From an uncultured delta proteobacterium (GTDB lineage Bacteria; Desulfobacterota; Binatia; UBA9968): a DNA stretch of 64,000 bases. Both the position numbers and the translations under genes were made by a program. Each line of letters begins with the position of its first letter. Position 1 is the stretch's first letter. Where the stretch lies: positions 199,982 through 263,981 of the forward strand of contig CAVTUQ010000008.1 in assembly GCA_963737905.1 (NCBI GenBank), given 5' to 3'. Below are positions 29,515-39,267 of the stretch, one piece after another. The notes under the pieces were generated by a model. It had not been told where the DNA came from. It made no database searches and saw only the letters and a program-made list of their open reading frames with translations.

Positions 29515-30879
29515 ATGGGTGACACCGATAGCTCCGCTTCCGACGGAGCCACAGCCGATATCCTCGTGCTCGGCGGCATCGTCGTTACCATGGACGAGCG
29601 CCGCAGTATTCTACCCGACGGCGCGTTGGCGATTCGCGGGGATGCCATCACTGCCCTCGGTCCGCGCGCGCAGATCTCTGCGGCTTACCGTGGCAGAACC
29701 GTTGTCGACGCAACGGGATGCCTGGTGATCCCCGGTTTGATCGACGCCCATACTCACATCCCGATGACGCTCTTCCGCGGCCTCGCCGACGACCTGCCGC
29801 TCCACACCTGGCTCGAGCAGCACGTATGGCCCGCGGAGCATCGGTTCATCAATTCCGAAACCGTTCGGTGGGCCAGCCGCCTCGGTGTTGCCGAGCTGCT
29901 GCGTTCGGGCGTGACCACGCTGTGCGACATGTATTTCTATGAAGACGAGGTTGCGGTGGTGGTGGATGAGCTAGGGATGCGCGGGGTTCTGGCCAACGCC
30001 CACTTCGACGTCACTAACGCGACCCATACCGAGCGCGAGCGCAGCCTGGCCGAGGCCGAGCAATTTGTCGCGCGCTGGCGCGGTCACTCGCGCATCGTAC
30101 CTGCGCTGGGACCACACGCGCCCTACACCGTGGGCCCCGAGCTTTACCGCTCTTTGCACGCGCTCGCAGAACGGCTCGATACCCTTATCGTCACGCACTT
30201 GGCCGAGACCCAGGAGGAGGACCGCGACATCCGACAGCGTTACGGTCGCTCGCCCGTCCGCCACCTGGCAAATCTCGGTCTCCTGGACAGCCGGCTGGTC
30301 GCCGCCCACTGTGTCTGGGTCGATGGTGAGGAGATCGAGCTCTTGGCAGGGGCCCGCACGGGAGTGGTGCACAACCCGCGCAGCAACTTAAAGCTCGCGA
30401 GCGGCGTCGCCCCGGTTCCCGACATGCTGCGCGCCGGCGTCTTGGTGGCGCTCGGCACCGATGGGGCCGCGAGCAACAACGCGCTCGACCTGCTGGCGGA
30501 GATTCAGATGGCCGCGCTTTTACACAAGGGCGTCCGGCTCGATCCTCTGGCGGTCTCCGCCGCGGCGGCACTTGATATGGCGACCATCGGCGGCGCGCGC
30601 GCTCTCAAGCTCGATCACCTGATCGGTTCCCTTGAGCCGGGTAAGCGCGCCGACGTGGTGATCATCGACCTAGACGAGGACAACCTGGTACCGCTCTACG
30701 ATCCGGTGTCCCATCTCGCCTACGCCGTGGAGGCCGCCGACGTCCGGACGGTCGTCGTCGATGGGCGCATCGTGCTGCGGGACGGCATACTTACCACCGC
30801 CGACGAGCGAGAGATTCGACGCCAGGTGCGCGCCCTCGCCATGGGCATCGGTTCCTTCCGCGCAGGAGCGAGCTCATGA
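29515..30879 (+). CDS. Amidohydrolase (MTA/SAH deaminase / Atz-Trz family)
   Basis: PGLIDAHTH, GPHAPY, HLAET, AAHCV, HNPRSNLKLASG, GTDGAASNN. Confidence 0.92.
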   Translation: MGDTDSSASDGATADILVLGGIVVTMDERRSILPDGALAIRGDAITALGPRAQISAAYRGRTVVDATGCLVIPGLIDAHTHIPMTLFRGLADDLPLHTWLEQHVWPAEHRFINSETVRWASRLGVAELLRSGVTTLCDMYFYEDEVAVVVDELGMRGVLANAHFDVTNATHTERERSLAEAEQFVARWRGHSRIVPALGPHAPYTVGPELYRSLHALAERLDTLIVTHLAETQEEDRDIRQRYGRSPVRHLANLGLLDSRLVAAHCVWVDGEEIELLAGARTGVVHNPRSNLKLASGVAPVPDMLRAGVLVALGTDGAASNNALDLLAEIQMAALLHKGVRLDPLAVSAAAALDMATIGGARALKLDHLIGSLEPGKRADVVIIDLDEDNLVPLYDPVSHLAYAVEAADVRTVVVDGRIVLRDGILTTADEREIRRQVRALAMGIGSFRAGASS

Positions 30880-30967
30880 TACCTGTCTTTGGAATCCGAA
30901 GTCGACGAAGCCCGGCCAAACCATGGAGCCACGGCGGTGGGTCGGCGCCCACTGTGATGTCGGAGGT
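30875..30967 (+). pseudogene. Fragment resembling the DUF2235 (Tle1-like alpha/beta hydrolase) catalytic His region
   Basis: Translates as CLWNPKSTKPGQTMEPRRWVGAHCDVGG, close to the family WF.GAHxDVGGG motif; no N-terminus present. Confidence 0.5.
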
Positions 30968-31088
30968 GCTAATACGGAGAACAGAGACGCAAAACGGACC
31001 GAAGCTACGAACCTCAGAACAACGGGCTAACCGAAGGTGACTTAGACTAATGCGGGGTGTGGCTGATGCCCCGATCCTTTGCACTGTG

Positions 31089-31604
31089 ATGCGTTTGCTC
31101 ATCTACGGCTTTGGCCCCTACCGCCAGTTTCGAGATAACATTACTGAGAAAATTGTTCGGCGGTTGCCGCGACGAAGCGGGCTCAAAAAAATCGTTTTTC
31201 CGGTCAAATTTCACAAGAGCCAGTTTCTCAACGCCATCAAAGAATACAGACCGGATGTCATCTTGGGCCTAGGACAGTGCTCCCGCGGCCAACGTTTGCG
31301 GGTTGAGACCCAGGCGGCCAACAGGAGGCGAAATAGTCAAGAGGAGAAGGCAAGACCGATCCTTTCGGGTGGGTCTCCAAGGCTCAGGACCCATCTCCAA
31401 TTGGCGGTCGGACGGCAAGGGGAATCTTCCAACAGAGCCGGGGAGTATGTCTGTAATTACTCGATGTATGTCATTCTCGATTTCATCAAGGGCCGTCGGC
31501 TTCCTATCCGTTTCGGCTTCATTCATATCCCGCACCGGTATGATTACAGGAAGGTGATTCCGCTTTTGGAAAAAGCCATCGACAAGATTGAGGCAGCCTC
31601 CTAA
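31089..31604 (+). CDS. Pyroglutamyl-peptidase I (C15) family
   Basis: LIYGFGPY, VETQAAN, AGEYVCNY, GFIHIP give the E/C/H triad. Confidence 0.85.
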   Translation: MRLLIYGFGPYRQFRDNITEKIVRRLPRRSGLKKIVFPVKFHKSQFLNAIKEYRPDVILGLGQCSRGQRLRVETQAANRRRNSQEEKARPILSGGSPRLRTHLQLAVGRQGESSNRAGEYVCNYSMYVILDFIKGRRLPIRFGFIHIPHRYDYRKVIPLLEKAIDKIEAAS

Positions 31605-31696
31605 ATCATTCCTTGCCAGGCTTTATCTGGTTCGCCCGAGACTGTTCAAGGTATCAGCTTGTGAACGTAGCGGCCCCGTGCCTATAACAACAGGGT

Positions 31697-32908
31697 ATGC
31701 CATTCTCCAACCTCGGTCTTTCCCCTAAAGCACTCGACGGTGTTCGAGCCGCCGGCTACACCGACGCAACTCCGATCCAACTCCGTGCCATTCCGCTCGT
31801 GATGGCCGGGCGCGACGTCATCGGCTCCGCCCAAACGGGCACCGGCAAGACCGCTGCCTTTGCACTGCCGATCATCTCTCGCCTCGGCCAGCACGGCTCA
31901 TTGCGGGCTCTCATTCTAGAACCGACACGCGAGCTTGCCGCGCAGGTCGAGACCGCCATCCACGATTACGGCCGCTTCACCAACCTGCGCACGACGGTTC
32001 TTTTCGGGGGCACGGGTTATGGCCGGCAAGACAAGGCGCTAAGTCAAGGCACAGATATCCTCGTGGCGACGCCCGGCCGTTTGCTCGACCAAATGAAGCG
32101 AGGAATGGTTCGGCTCAATCAAATCGAGATTCTCGTCCTGGACGAAGCGGACAGGATGCTCGACATGGGCTTTCTGCCCGACGTGCGTCGCATTGTCGAA
32201 CGTTGCCCGCGCACGCGCCAAACGATGCTATTCTCCGCTACTATTCCGCCCGAGATCGAGCAGCTTTGCCAATGGGCGTTGCGCAACCCCGAAACCGTCG
32301 AGATCGGCCAGCGCCGTTCGCCCGCGGAGACCGTCACCCACGCACTGTATCCCGTGGCCAGCGAGCAAAAGCAGGCGCTCCTGGAGGAGCTGCTCCGGCG
32401 CACCGATTATGACCAGGTGCTGATCTTTTGCCGCACCAAACATGGCGCCGACCGTGTGGCGCGCAAGCTGCATCAGCAAGATCATGCCGTCGCCGTGCTT
32501 CACTCCAACCGCACCCAGCGCGAGCGCGAGCAGGCACTCAACGGTTTTCGCAACGGACGTTACGAAGTGATGGTGGCCACCGATATCGCCGCGCGCGGCA
32601 TCGACGTCGAGCAGATCAGCCACGTCATTAATTTCGACGTGCCGCATCACCCCGAGGACTATGTCCATCGAATCGGCCGCACCGGTCGCGCGCTGAGCGT
32701 CGGCGACGCCTTTACCATCATGACCGGCGAAGATGTTCAGGAAGTAGCCGCCATCGAGCGCTTCATCGGCCAGAAAATTCCACGGGTGAAGCTCGAAGGC
32801 TTCGGGTACGAATACACCCGTCTGCTTGACGCCAATCCTCCGCCGGCCTTTGGCGCCAGACGCCCCCGCGGCAGCTGGTCTTTCGGTTACGGCAGCAGGC
32901 GCCGGTAA
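31697..32908 (+). CDS. DEAD-box RNA helicase (RhlE-like)
   Basis: AQTGTGKT, PTRELA, DEAD, SAT, ARGID, HRIGRTGR. Confidence 0.95.
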   Translation: MPFSNLGLSPKALDGVRAAGYTDATPIQLRAIPLVMAGRDVIGSAQTGTGKTAAFALPIISRLGQHGSLRALILEPTRELAAQVETAIHDYGRFTNLRTTVLFGGTGYGRQDKALSQGTDILVATPGRLLDQMKRGMVRLNQIEILVLDEADRMLDMGFLPDVRRIVERCPRTRQTMLFSATIPPEIEQLCQWALRNPETVEIGQRRSPAETVTHALYPVASEQKQALLEELLRRTDYDQVLIFCRTKHGADRVARKLHQQDHAVAVLHSNRTQREREQALNGFRNGRYEVMVATDIAARGIDVEQISHVINFDVPHHPEDYVHRIGRTGRALSVGDAFTIMTGEDVQEVAAIERFIGQKIPRVKLEGFGYEYTRLLDANPPPAFGARRPRGSWSFGYGSRRR

Positions 32909-32933
32909 GCCATCCCTTCCGCATCCGCGACGC

Positions 32934-33365
32934 CTACTTAATAAGAAGCCTCATCAAATAGGGCGTCGCGATAAATAGCAGCGCGGCGGCGACAACTATC
33001 ACCGTCCAAATCCAACGAGCGGTCCGTGAAAAATGCGGACTTTGCCACAGCAACGGTAGCGCGAGTGGGCCGACGAGCAATAACATGGCGACGACATAGG
33101 GTCTTCGATAATAGAAATCCAGCGCCTGGCCAGACGTCTTGGCGACTTTGTAGGCATCGGTGACGGTGCTAACCCAAAGAAGCAAAAGGGCGAGCGCCGT
33201 GCTGAATTTGTTTAAGCCAGAAATCCAGTAAGTAAGTAGTACGAGGCTCAAGCAGGAGCCAAAAATCACCAGGCCTTTTTTGATTTCCTGGTTATAGATC
33301 TGTCCCAAGCCCGGGACGATTACTGAAAGAACCATGGCGGTGAGTGGATTTCTTCGAGCAGACAT
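32934..33365 (-). CDS. Small membrane protein (DUF5683-like)
   Basis: RNP..A..LS.IVPGLGQIYN motif; several TM helices. Confidence 0.7.
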   Translation of the reverse strand: MSARRNPLTAMVLSVIVPGLGQIYNQEIKKGLVIFGSCLSLVLLTYWISGLNKFSTALALLLLWVSTVTDAYKVAKTSGQALDFYYRRPYVVAMLLLVGPLALPLLWQSPHFSRTARWIWTVIVVAAALLFIATPYLMRLLIK

Positions 33366-33463
33366 TGGAAATAAATCGACCTGTGTCTCATTCTGTTAAC
33401 CTGTCTGAAAGACTTCAAGGGCTAAATCATCTGCATCGCAAAAATGTCAGATCCGGACGACGC

Positions 33464-34447
33464 CTAAGAAACCTCCATGAAATACGGGATCGCTCGCAGC
33501 CCGATGCTTGCGACAAGAAGAGCGAGCGATGCGAAGGCAAAGGGATGATAGCGGGGAACGTGTGCCACCTGCGCTTTGGTTAGATAAGTGCCCTTTTCTA
33601 ATCGATCGATCTCAATATACGCCTTGCCGAGCTGGTCGGCGTCTCTGACATCGTAATAATTCCCCCCAGCGGCTCGCACAGCAGCGATCAGGCGCGGAGT
33701 CTCCGCCGCTCTTCTGACCTCGACTCCGATGAAGTAGATCTTAAACCCCGTCTGAGCGGCCTTTTGGATAGCAGCGTAGACATCGCGACCGGTGTTGTTC
33801 TCCCCGTCAGTTAGAACAATCATGACCTTGCTTAAGCTTTTTCCGCTCCCCTGTTTTTGCTGCTCCGCAAGATTAAGAGCGGTTAGGATCCCTTCTCCAA
33901 TGGCAGTCTGGCCTTCGCTCGACAGGGTCTTGTTATCCACCATGCGCAGATAATTTGTCAGGTAGCCTATGTCCTGCGTCAGGGGAGCGACGACGTAGCT
34001 ATTTTCGGAGAAAACGATGAGACCAATTCGATCTCCCTGGCGTTTTTGCACGAAGCGCAGCATGACTTCCTTGACCGCCTCGAGCCGTGTGACCTCCTTG
34101 CGTGCGACCCCCGCTCTTCTTCTTTCCAACGCCCCCTCCAGATCGATGGGCTCTTGCATGCTCCACGAGAGATCTAAAACCAAAAGAATGTCGAGCCCTT
34201 TGTTGACGATCGTGCGCTCAGCGGAAGGCTGAACGGGATTGAGAAGCGCGATCGCCAAAACCAGGAGCGCGAAGAATTCAAGAACCCTGGGCAGATAGAC
34301 GAAACGTGATACCGGCCGGATTCGATCGCGCAGGTAAGGAAACACGGAAAGAGAGAGATAACTTTCGCGCCGCCGCCACTTGAAGAAAACGAACAGCAGC
34401 AGGAGAGGCAGCAGGATGTACAAAGTATCCAATCGAGTAAAAATCAT
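33464..34447 (-). CDS. VWA domain membrane protein (BatA/MxaC-like)
   Basis: DLSWSM MIDAS, DRIGLIVF, TAIGEG, LTDGENN; start MIFTRL at 34447 overlaps the upstream stop. Confidence 0.88.
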   Translation of the reverse strand: MIFTRLDTLYILLPLLLLFVFFKWRRRESYLSLSVFPYLRDRIRPVSRFVYLPRVLEFFALLVLAIALLNPVQPSAERTIVNKGLDILLVLDLSWSMQEPIDLEGALERRRAGVARKEVTRLEAVKEVMLRFVQKRQGDRIGLIVFSENSYVVAPLTQDIGYLTNYLRMVDNKTLSSEGQTAIGEGILTALNLAEQQKQGSGKSLSKVMIVLTDGENNTGRDVYAAIQKAAQTGFKIYFIGVEVRRAAETPRLIAAVRAAGGNYYDVRDADQLGKAYIEIDRLEKGTYLTKAQVAHVPRYHPFAFASLALLVASIGLRAIPYFMEVS

Positions 34448-35418
34448 CTCGTTCTCGGGGTCATTTTGATCGCTTGCTCCAGTGAATCGAGCAAGGATGC
34501 CTGTTCTGGGCCTGCCAACCGGCCGTCTTCTTTGCCGTATTGAGCGTCCTCGCACTGTTCCAGGAGGGCACTTAGCTGCTGCGCGAAGGCTCCGTTGTAG
34601 CCGGCGCCCTTGAGCGCTTCCTCGGTTTCGATGGGGGTCAGTCCTCGCGCTTCGACGTCCAGCCACTCCGTTAGATACTGGCGCACGAATTGGCCGGTTT
34701 CAGCGTAAAATGCTTTCGGATCTTGGGGCGGATCCTGCACCATTTGCCGGATGCGCTGGAGGCCCTCATGGATCCATCGCTCACGCACACGCCGGCTGAC
34801 CGGTCTCTTGATGGCTTTGTCCCGATGAACGGCGTGCCATAACCGGGCCGCCGCGCGCGACCCGACAAATCCCATCCCGATCAACCCCAAAACCAGCGCT
34901 CCGATCGCCAAACTCAGATCCACGGGCTGGATCTGCTTGAACTCCCTCAGCCTGGGTTGTCCCCCGGGGAGAGTGCTCCTCAGCGCAATTTTTTGCGGCG
35001 GAATCCGAATCGCCTGGGCGCGGGCTTCCTTTTCTGAAACGGTGCCCTCCCGCCTGAAATAATAGAGCGCCACGGGTGGGACCACGAGCTCCGACTTGCC
35101 GCTCTCGTAGGTAGTCAGAAGTAGGACGACCTCGAAAAGCTTCCTATCGTCCCGCCAGTCCCGCTCCTCTGCCCGGACGTCGCGCAAGACAAAGGGAGGC
35201 AGCGAAAGATTCTCCTTTTTGAGATCGTCCATTACGAACTGGACACTTCGTGGATGGATGATTTGGATGGTATATTCCAAGGAGTCGCCGACCCAGAGTG
35301 CGGTGCGGTCGAGCCGAGTCGTCACCGAGAACGGAAGCTGCGGCTTCTGGCTGGCCGGAGCGGCCTCCAACTCGACGGCGACAAACAAAAGCATCGCGAC
35401 TAATGCAGTCCACTTCAT
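34444..35418 (-). CDS. BatD/MxaA-like exported protein with TM
   Basis: Signal peptide, VGDSLEYTI Ig-like domain, TM helix, C-terminal LTP.E...CE.AQYG; sits in a MoxR operon. Confidence 0.6.
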   Translation of the reverse strand: MKWTALVAMLLFVAVELEAAPASQKPQLPFSVTTRLDRTALWVGDSLEYTIQIIHPRSVQFVMDDLKKENLSLPPFVLRDVRAEERDWRDDRKLFEVVLLLTTYESGKSELVVPPVALYYFRREGTVSEKEARAQAIRIPPQKIALRSTLPGGQPRLREFKQIQPVDLSLAIGALVLGLIGMGFVGSRAAARLWHAVHRDKAIKRPVSRRVRERWIHEGLQRIRQMVQDPPQDPKAFYAETGQFVRQYLTEWLDVEARGLTPIETEEALKGAGYNGAFAQQLSALLEQCEDAQYGKEDGRLAGPEQASLLDSLEQAIKMTPRTR

Positions 35419-36299
35419 CGCGATTTTCTCCGAGTAAAGAAGAAGCCGATGATGGCATCTAGAAAAGGCCGGCCGGTGCGGAGAAAAAGATGGTCCAGGC
35501 TCAACCTGTAAAGCGACCGCTGCAGCGTGATTTTTCTTTCGCGAAGTAAACTCTCGTATTGTCCCCGGGTCCTGTCCGACAAGCGAAACAGCATCTCTCC
35601 TCCCCGTTCCGCATCTCTCAGTCTGAGATAGCCCCTGGCTTGGGGAAGTGCCTCTTCAAGCTCATCATCAAGGATCACGGGAATAAAGTCGTGCTTGCGG
35701 GTGAGTCTTTGCAGCGAGTGCGAGGCCAGGATCTCATCCTGGGCGATGAAGTCCGAAATACAGAACAGCAGGCTTGCGGTCTGCAGCCGAGTATTCAGGT
35801 GGTCCAAAGGCCGAAGAAGATCCGTCCTCTGCGAGCTGGGGCGGACATCCCAAAGCATCTCCAAGATCTTCCATACCTGTGCCAACCCCTTTTTCGAAGG
35901 CAAGTCGATTTCAATCTTGTCCGTAAAACCGAGCAGGCCCACCTTCATGTCGTCGTTGATGGCGGAGAAAGCCAGAGTTGCGGTCACTTCGAGGAGGAGT
36001 TGCCGCTTGGACTGGTCCGCGGTGGCAAATTCCATGGAGCGGGAAAGATCCGCCAGAATGATGGCGTTCATTTCCTTTTCTTCGTAGGCCTTCTTGATAT
36101 AGGGTTGGGGCATGCGTGCCGTGGCGTTCCAATCGATTTGCCGATAATCGTCCCCATGCTGATAGGGTTTGTGCTGATCGAACTCAAATCCTCGTCCACG
36201 GATCGGACTGCGGTAGTCCGCGACCCAATGATGCCGTGCCGCCTTGCGAGTATAGATCTCGATGTACTGGAGGCGGTTGACGAGTTCAGCGGGGATCAT
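35415..36299 (-). CDS. DUF58 protein
   Basis: GRGFEF...Y..GDDYRQIDWNATAR, DLSRSM, ISDF. Confidence 0.92.
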   Translation of the reverse strand: MIPAELVNRLQYIEIYTRKAARHHWVADYRSPIRGRGFEFDQHKPYQHGDDYRQIDWNATARMPQPYIKKAYEEKEMNAIILADLSRSMEFATADQSKRQLLLEVTATLAFSAINDDMKVGLLGFTDKIEIDLPSKKGLAQVWKILEMLWDVRPSSQRTDLLRPLDHLNTRLQTASLLFCISDFIAQDEILASHSLQRLTRKHDFIPVILDDELEEALPQARGYLRLRDAERGGEMLFRLSDRTRGQYESLLRERKITLQRSLYRLSLDHLFLRTGRPFLDAIIGFFFTRRKSR

Positions 36300-36314
36300 G
36301 GGCGGGCGGTCCTC

Positions 36315-37343
36315 TCACGGGATGGCAACCTTTTTCAAAAGCTCATCCACGATTTCCTCGGCCGAAACTCGCTCGGCCTCGGCGCGCACGGTCCGGATAA
36401 GCCGGTGCCGCAGCGCATCGGGAGCGATGCGCTTGACGTCTGCCGGAAGGACATAGTCCCGGCCCGCAAAAAAAGCCGTGGTGCGCGACAGCGCCAGAAG
36501 ATGCTGCGCCGAGCGGGGCGAAGCGCCATGAAGAATCATTTCCTTGATAACGGGTAGGCTCGTCGGCTCGCTATTGCGAGTGGCCCGGACGATGCGCACC
36601 ACATATTCGCGTAGGGCGTCGCTGACATGGGTTCTGCTGATCACTTTGCGATAGCGAACGACATCGCCGGGAGCGATCAGCTGGCTGACCGAGATTTCGC
36701 CGAGTTTCAGGTTGAGCATCGCGGTCTCATCGCCGTGCGAAGGATAGTCGACCTGGAGCTTCAGCGCGAAACGGTCCACCTGAGCCTCGGGGAGCGTGTA
36801 GACACCCTCTTGCTCGATTGGATTCTGGGTCGCCAGAACCCAAAAAGGCTCTTCCAAGGCATACGTTGTTTCACCGATGGTGACCTGCCGTTCCTGCATG
36901 GCCTCCAGCAGAGCGCTCTGGGTCTTCTGGGGCGCCCGGTTGATCTCATCGGCGAGGATCAAATTGGCAAAGATCGGGCCCTTTTCGGTGCGAAACGAAC
37001 TCACCAGGCGATCGTAAATGCGCGTGCCGATGATGTCCGCCGGAAGCAGGTCGGGGGTAAACTGAATGCGCTGAAATTTTGCGCTCAGCGTGCTTGCCAG
37101 GGTCATCACCGTCAGGGTCTTGGCCAACCCGGGGACTCCCTCGAGCAGAACATGTCCGTATCCGGTTTTGTCTTCTCCGTCGCGCCTGAACGAGTAGGGA
37201 ATCTCAGAGAAAAGCCCAATCAATAAGCGCCGGATAAGCCAGTCTTGCCCCACGACCACCCGGTTGACTTCTGTCTCCACCCGTTGGATGGCTGCAAAAA
37301 CTTTTTCCTGGTTGATTTGGTTATTCTGATCCATCAGGTCCAC
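36315..37343 (-). CDS. MoxR proper AAA+ ATPase
   Basis: HVLLEGVPGLAKT, RIQFTPDLLPAD, DEINRAP.KTQSALLEAMQE, ATQNPIEQEG.Y.LPEAQ.DRF, GASPR. Confidence 0.95.
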   Translation of the reverse strand: MDLMDQNNQINQEKVFAAIQRVETEVNRVVVGQDWLIRRLLIGLFSEIPYSFRRDGEDKTGYGHVLLEGVPGLAKTLTVMTLASTLSAKFQRIQFTPDLLPADIIGTRIYDRLVSSFRTEKGPIFANLILADEINRAPQKTQSALLEAMQERQVTIGETTYALEEPFWVLATQNPIEQEGVYTLPEAQVDRFALKLQVDYPSHGDETAMLNLKLGEISVSQLIAPGDVVRYRKVISRTHVSDALREYVVRIVRATRNSEPTSLPVIKEMILHGASPRSAQHLLALSRTTAFFAGRDYVLPADVKRIAPDALRHRLIRTVRAEAERVSAEEIVDELLKKVAIP

Positions 37344-37344
37344 A

Positions 37345-38346
37345 CTACACTAACATCCCGGCTAATAAGAGACCGAAGGCCGCTAGCAGAAAGCCGCGAT
37401 AGGTGTCTTCGTACTCGACGACCTTCTTGAAGCCCTCAATCTTTCGCTCCTGCCTGACAATTCCATCGAAAAAGCCCTCAAGCTCCTGCCCGGTGAGCGA
37501 TCGATGGGCGCTGCCGCCCGTAGTTTCGGCGATCCAGCTCAGGCTTCGCTCATCGAAGCGGCTCAATATCTTGTTTCCTTTCGTGTCCTCCACGTATCGG
37601 ACCATTCCGTTCTCCCGCCCGATGGGAATCGGTGCCCCTTCCAGGGAACCAATGCCGATGGTGTGAATCCTGATACCTTGCCGGGTGGCCGCTCTCACGG
37701 CGCCTTCCAGCTCATCTCCATGATCCTCGCCATCGGAGATCAAAATAAACACTCTTTTCTTGCGGGCAGCTTCAGGGTAGAGCTCGGCGTCTCGAGAGAG
37801 AACCGTAAGCGCGCTTTGAATCGCGCGCCCGATATTGGTTCCCGGGTTAAAAGATGCATCGTCTTTCAGGTAATTCAGATAATAGAGCACGTTCGCAGGA
37901 TCTTCAGTGAGATAGGAAAGGATCAAGCTTCCCGAAGCAAAGGAAACGAGGCCCACACGGTCTTGAGAGGGCTTCTTACGCGCAAAGCGGCCCACGATCT
38001 CTAACGCCCGCTCAAGACGGGAGGGAGGAACATCTTCTGCGCGCATCGAAGGAGAATTGTCGAGGAGGAAAACCACGTCCATCTTTTCAGGCTGGCTAAC
38101 CTGTTTTTCCCGTACGAGTTGAGGGTGCGCCAGCGCGAGCACCAGAGCCATCAATGCCAGATTAATCAGCAGATAACGGGTCCCGTCGCGCCACAAAGAG
38201 TGGAGATGAGAGATCTTTTGTAGCGGGCCACCGGCGCCCAGGCGTCTGCGGGCGTTGCGCTTGCTGAAAAAATAGAACAGCCAAAGGGGCACAAGTAAGC
38301 CGACAAGAAAAAAAAGTTTGAAATACTCCGGCTGTAAGAAGACCAT
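37345..38346 (-). CDS. VWA domain membrane protein (BatB/MxaL-like)
   Basis: DNSPSM.AEDV.PSRL, GTNIG, ISDGEDH, IGIGS.EG.PIP. Confidence 0.88.
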   Translation of the reverse strand: MVFLQPEYFKLFFLVGLLVPLWLFYFFSKRNARRRLGAGGPLQKISHLHSLWRDGTRYLLINLALMALVLALAHPQLVREKQVSQPEKMDVVFLLDNSPSMRAEDVPPSRLERALEIVGRFARKKPSQDRVGLVSFASGSLILSYLTEDPANVLYYLNYLKDDASFNPGTNIGRAIQSALTVLSRDAELYPEAARKKRVFILISDGEDHGDELEGAVRAATRQGIRIHTIGIGSLEGAPIPIGRENGMVRYVEDTKGNKILSRFDERSLSWIAETTGGSAHRSLTGQELEGFFDGIVRQERKIEGFKKVVEYEDTYRGFLLAAFGLLLAGMLV

Positions 38347-38353
38347 GAAAGTA

Positions 38354-38971
38354 TTACCCTAGTTTCTCCGGAGCGATTTCCTGCTTTTTCTCCTGGGTCG
38401 GGCGCATCTTATCAAGAATTGATTTGACTTTTTCTCCCTGCCTCTTACTGTCCTGCTCCTTTTGGGCGAAAATCTGTTTGATGACTTCGTAATTGTATTT
38501 CAGGTCCCAGTCCTCTGGCGCGACGGTCAATCCCCTCTGATATTCAGCGAGCGCAGACTTTAGGTAACCGAGTGCTTCTTCGCCGTCCTGGCTCGCCACT
38601 GCGCGGCGAAAGAGAAGATTGCCCATCCAGAAGGAAAATTCTCCCTGGTCTTTGATCGCGGGAGAACTTCTGACCGCCTCTTCAAACTTGTCAAAGATCA
38701 CCTCAGGCTCGCCCTGAGCAAAAAGCACATTGACCTGATCAAAGGTCAGCTTTTCGTAGTCGTCTTTTAGAATCCATGACAGCCACGGAACCGTGCGGAA
38801 AGGTGTTTCCGCCTGCTCGAAAATAGCGGTCGCCGTCTCGATCTCGCCGTGACGAGCTGCGGCGACTCCTCGAGAGATCTGAAACACCAGCCACGAGTAG
38901 CCGATCAGTCCTGCGGAGCAAAGAAAAACGAGGATTAAAAAAAACGCCCAGAAGAGTCTCTTCATCAGCAA
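38354..38971 (-). CDS. TPR protein (BatC/MxaK-like)
   Basis: N-terminal TM; GNLLF...Y...L...P.DWDLKYNYE. Confidence 0.65.
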   Translation of the reverse strand: MLMKRLFWAFFLILVFLCSAGLIGYSWLVFQISRGVAAARHGEIETATAIFEQAETPFRTVPWLSWILKDDYEKLTFDQVNVLFAQGEPEVIFDKFEEAVRSSPAIKDQGEFSFWMGNLLFRRAVASQDGEEALGYLKSALAEYQRGLTVAPEDWDLKYNYEVIKQIFAQKEQDSKRQGEKVKSILDKMRPTQEKKQEIAPEKLG

Positions 38972-39267
38972 TCCTCCGCCTCTTTTCAGAATCCTACCCG
39001 ATGGACGCTGGAACGAGGCAAGTTTTCAGACAGCTACTAAAACGTTTACTACCCGATCAAACACAAAATCAAGCAGGGAGATCTGCTCCTGATGAAGTTT
39101 GGATGTCGTCTCTGTGGCGAAACCGCAATCGGGATGAGCCTTGCCGGAAAAACTTGAATTTACCCTTGTTTTTCAACTGATCGCGGTAGCAAATCATGCA
39201 CTTTACAAATCCAGAGGCCGTGCTTAAATTTCACTACGATTGTGTGGTTTTTATTAAGGAGAAGAAA

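Noticed and set aside
35559-36557. 332 aa plus-strand ORF
   Set aside because: Shadow of DUF58/MoxR on the opposite strand.
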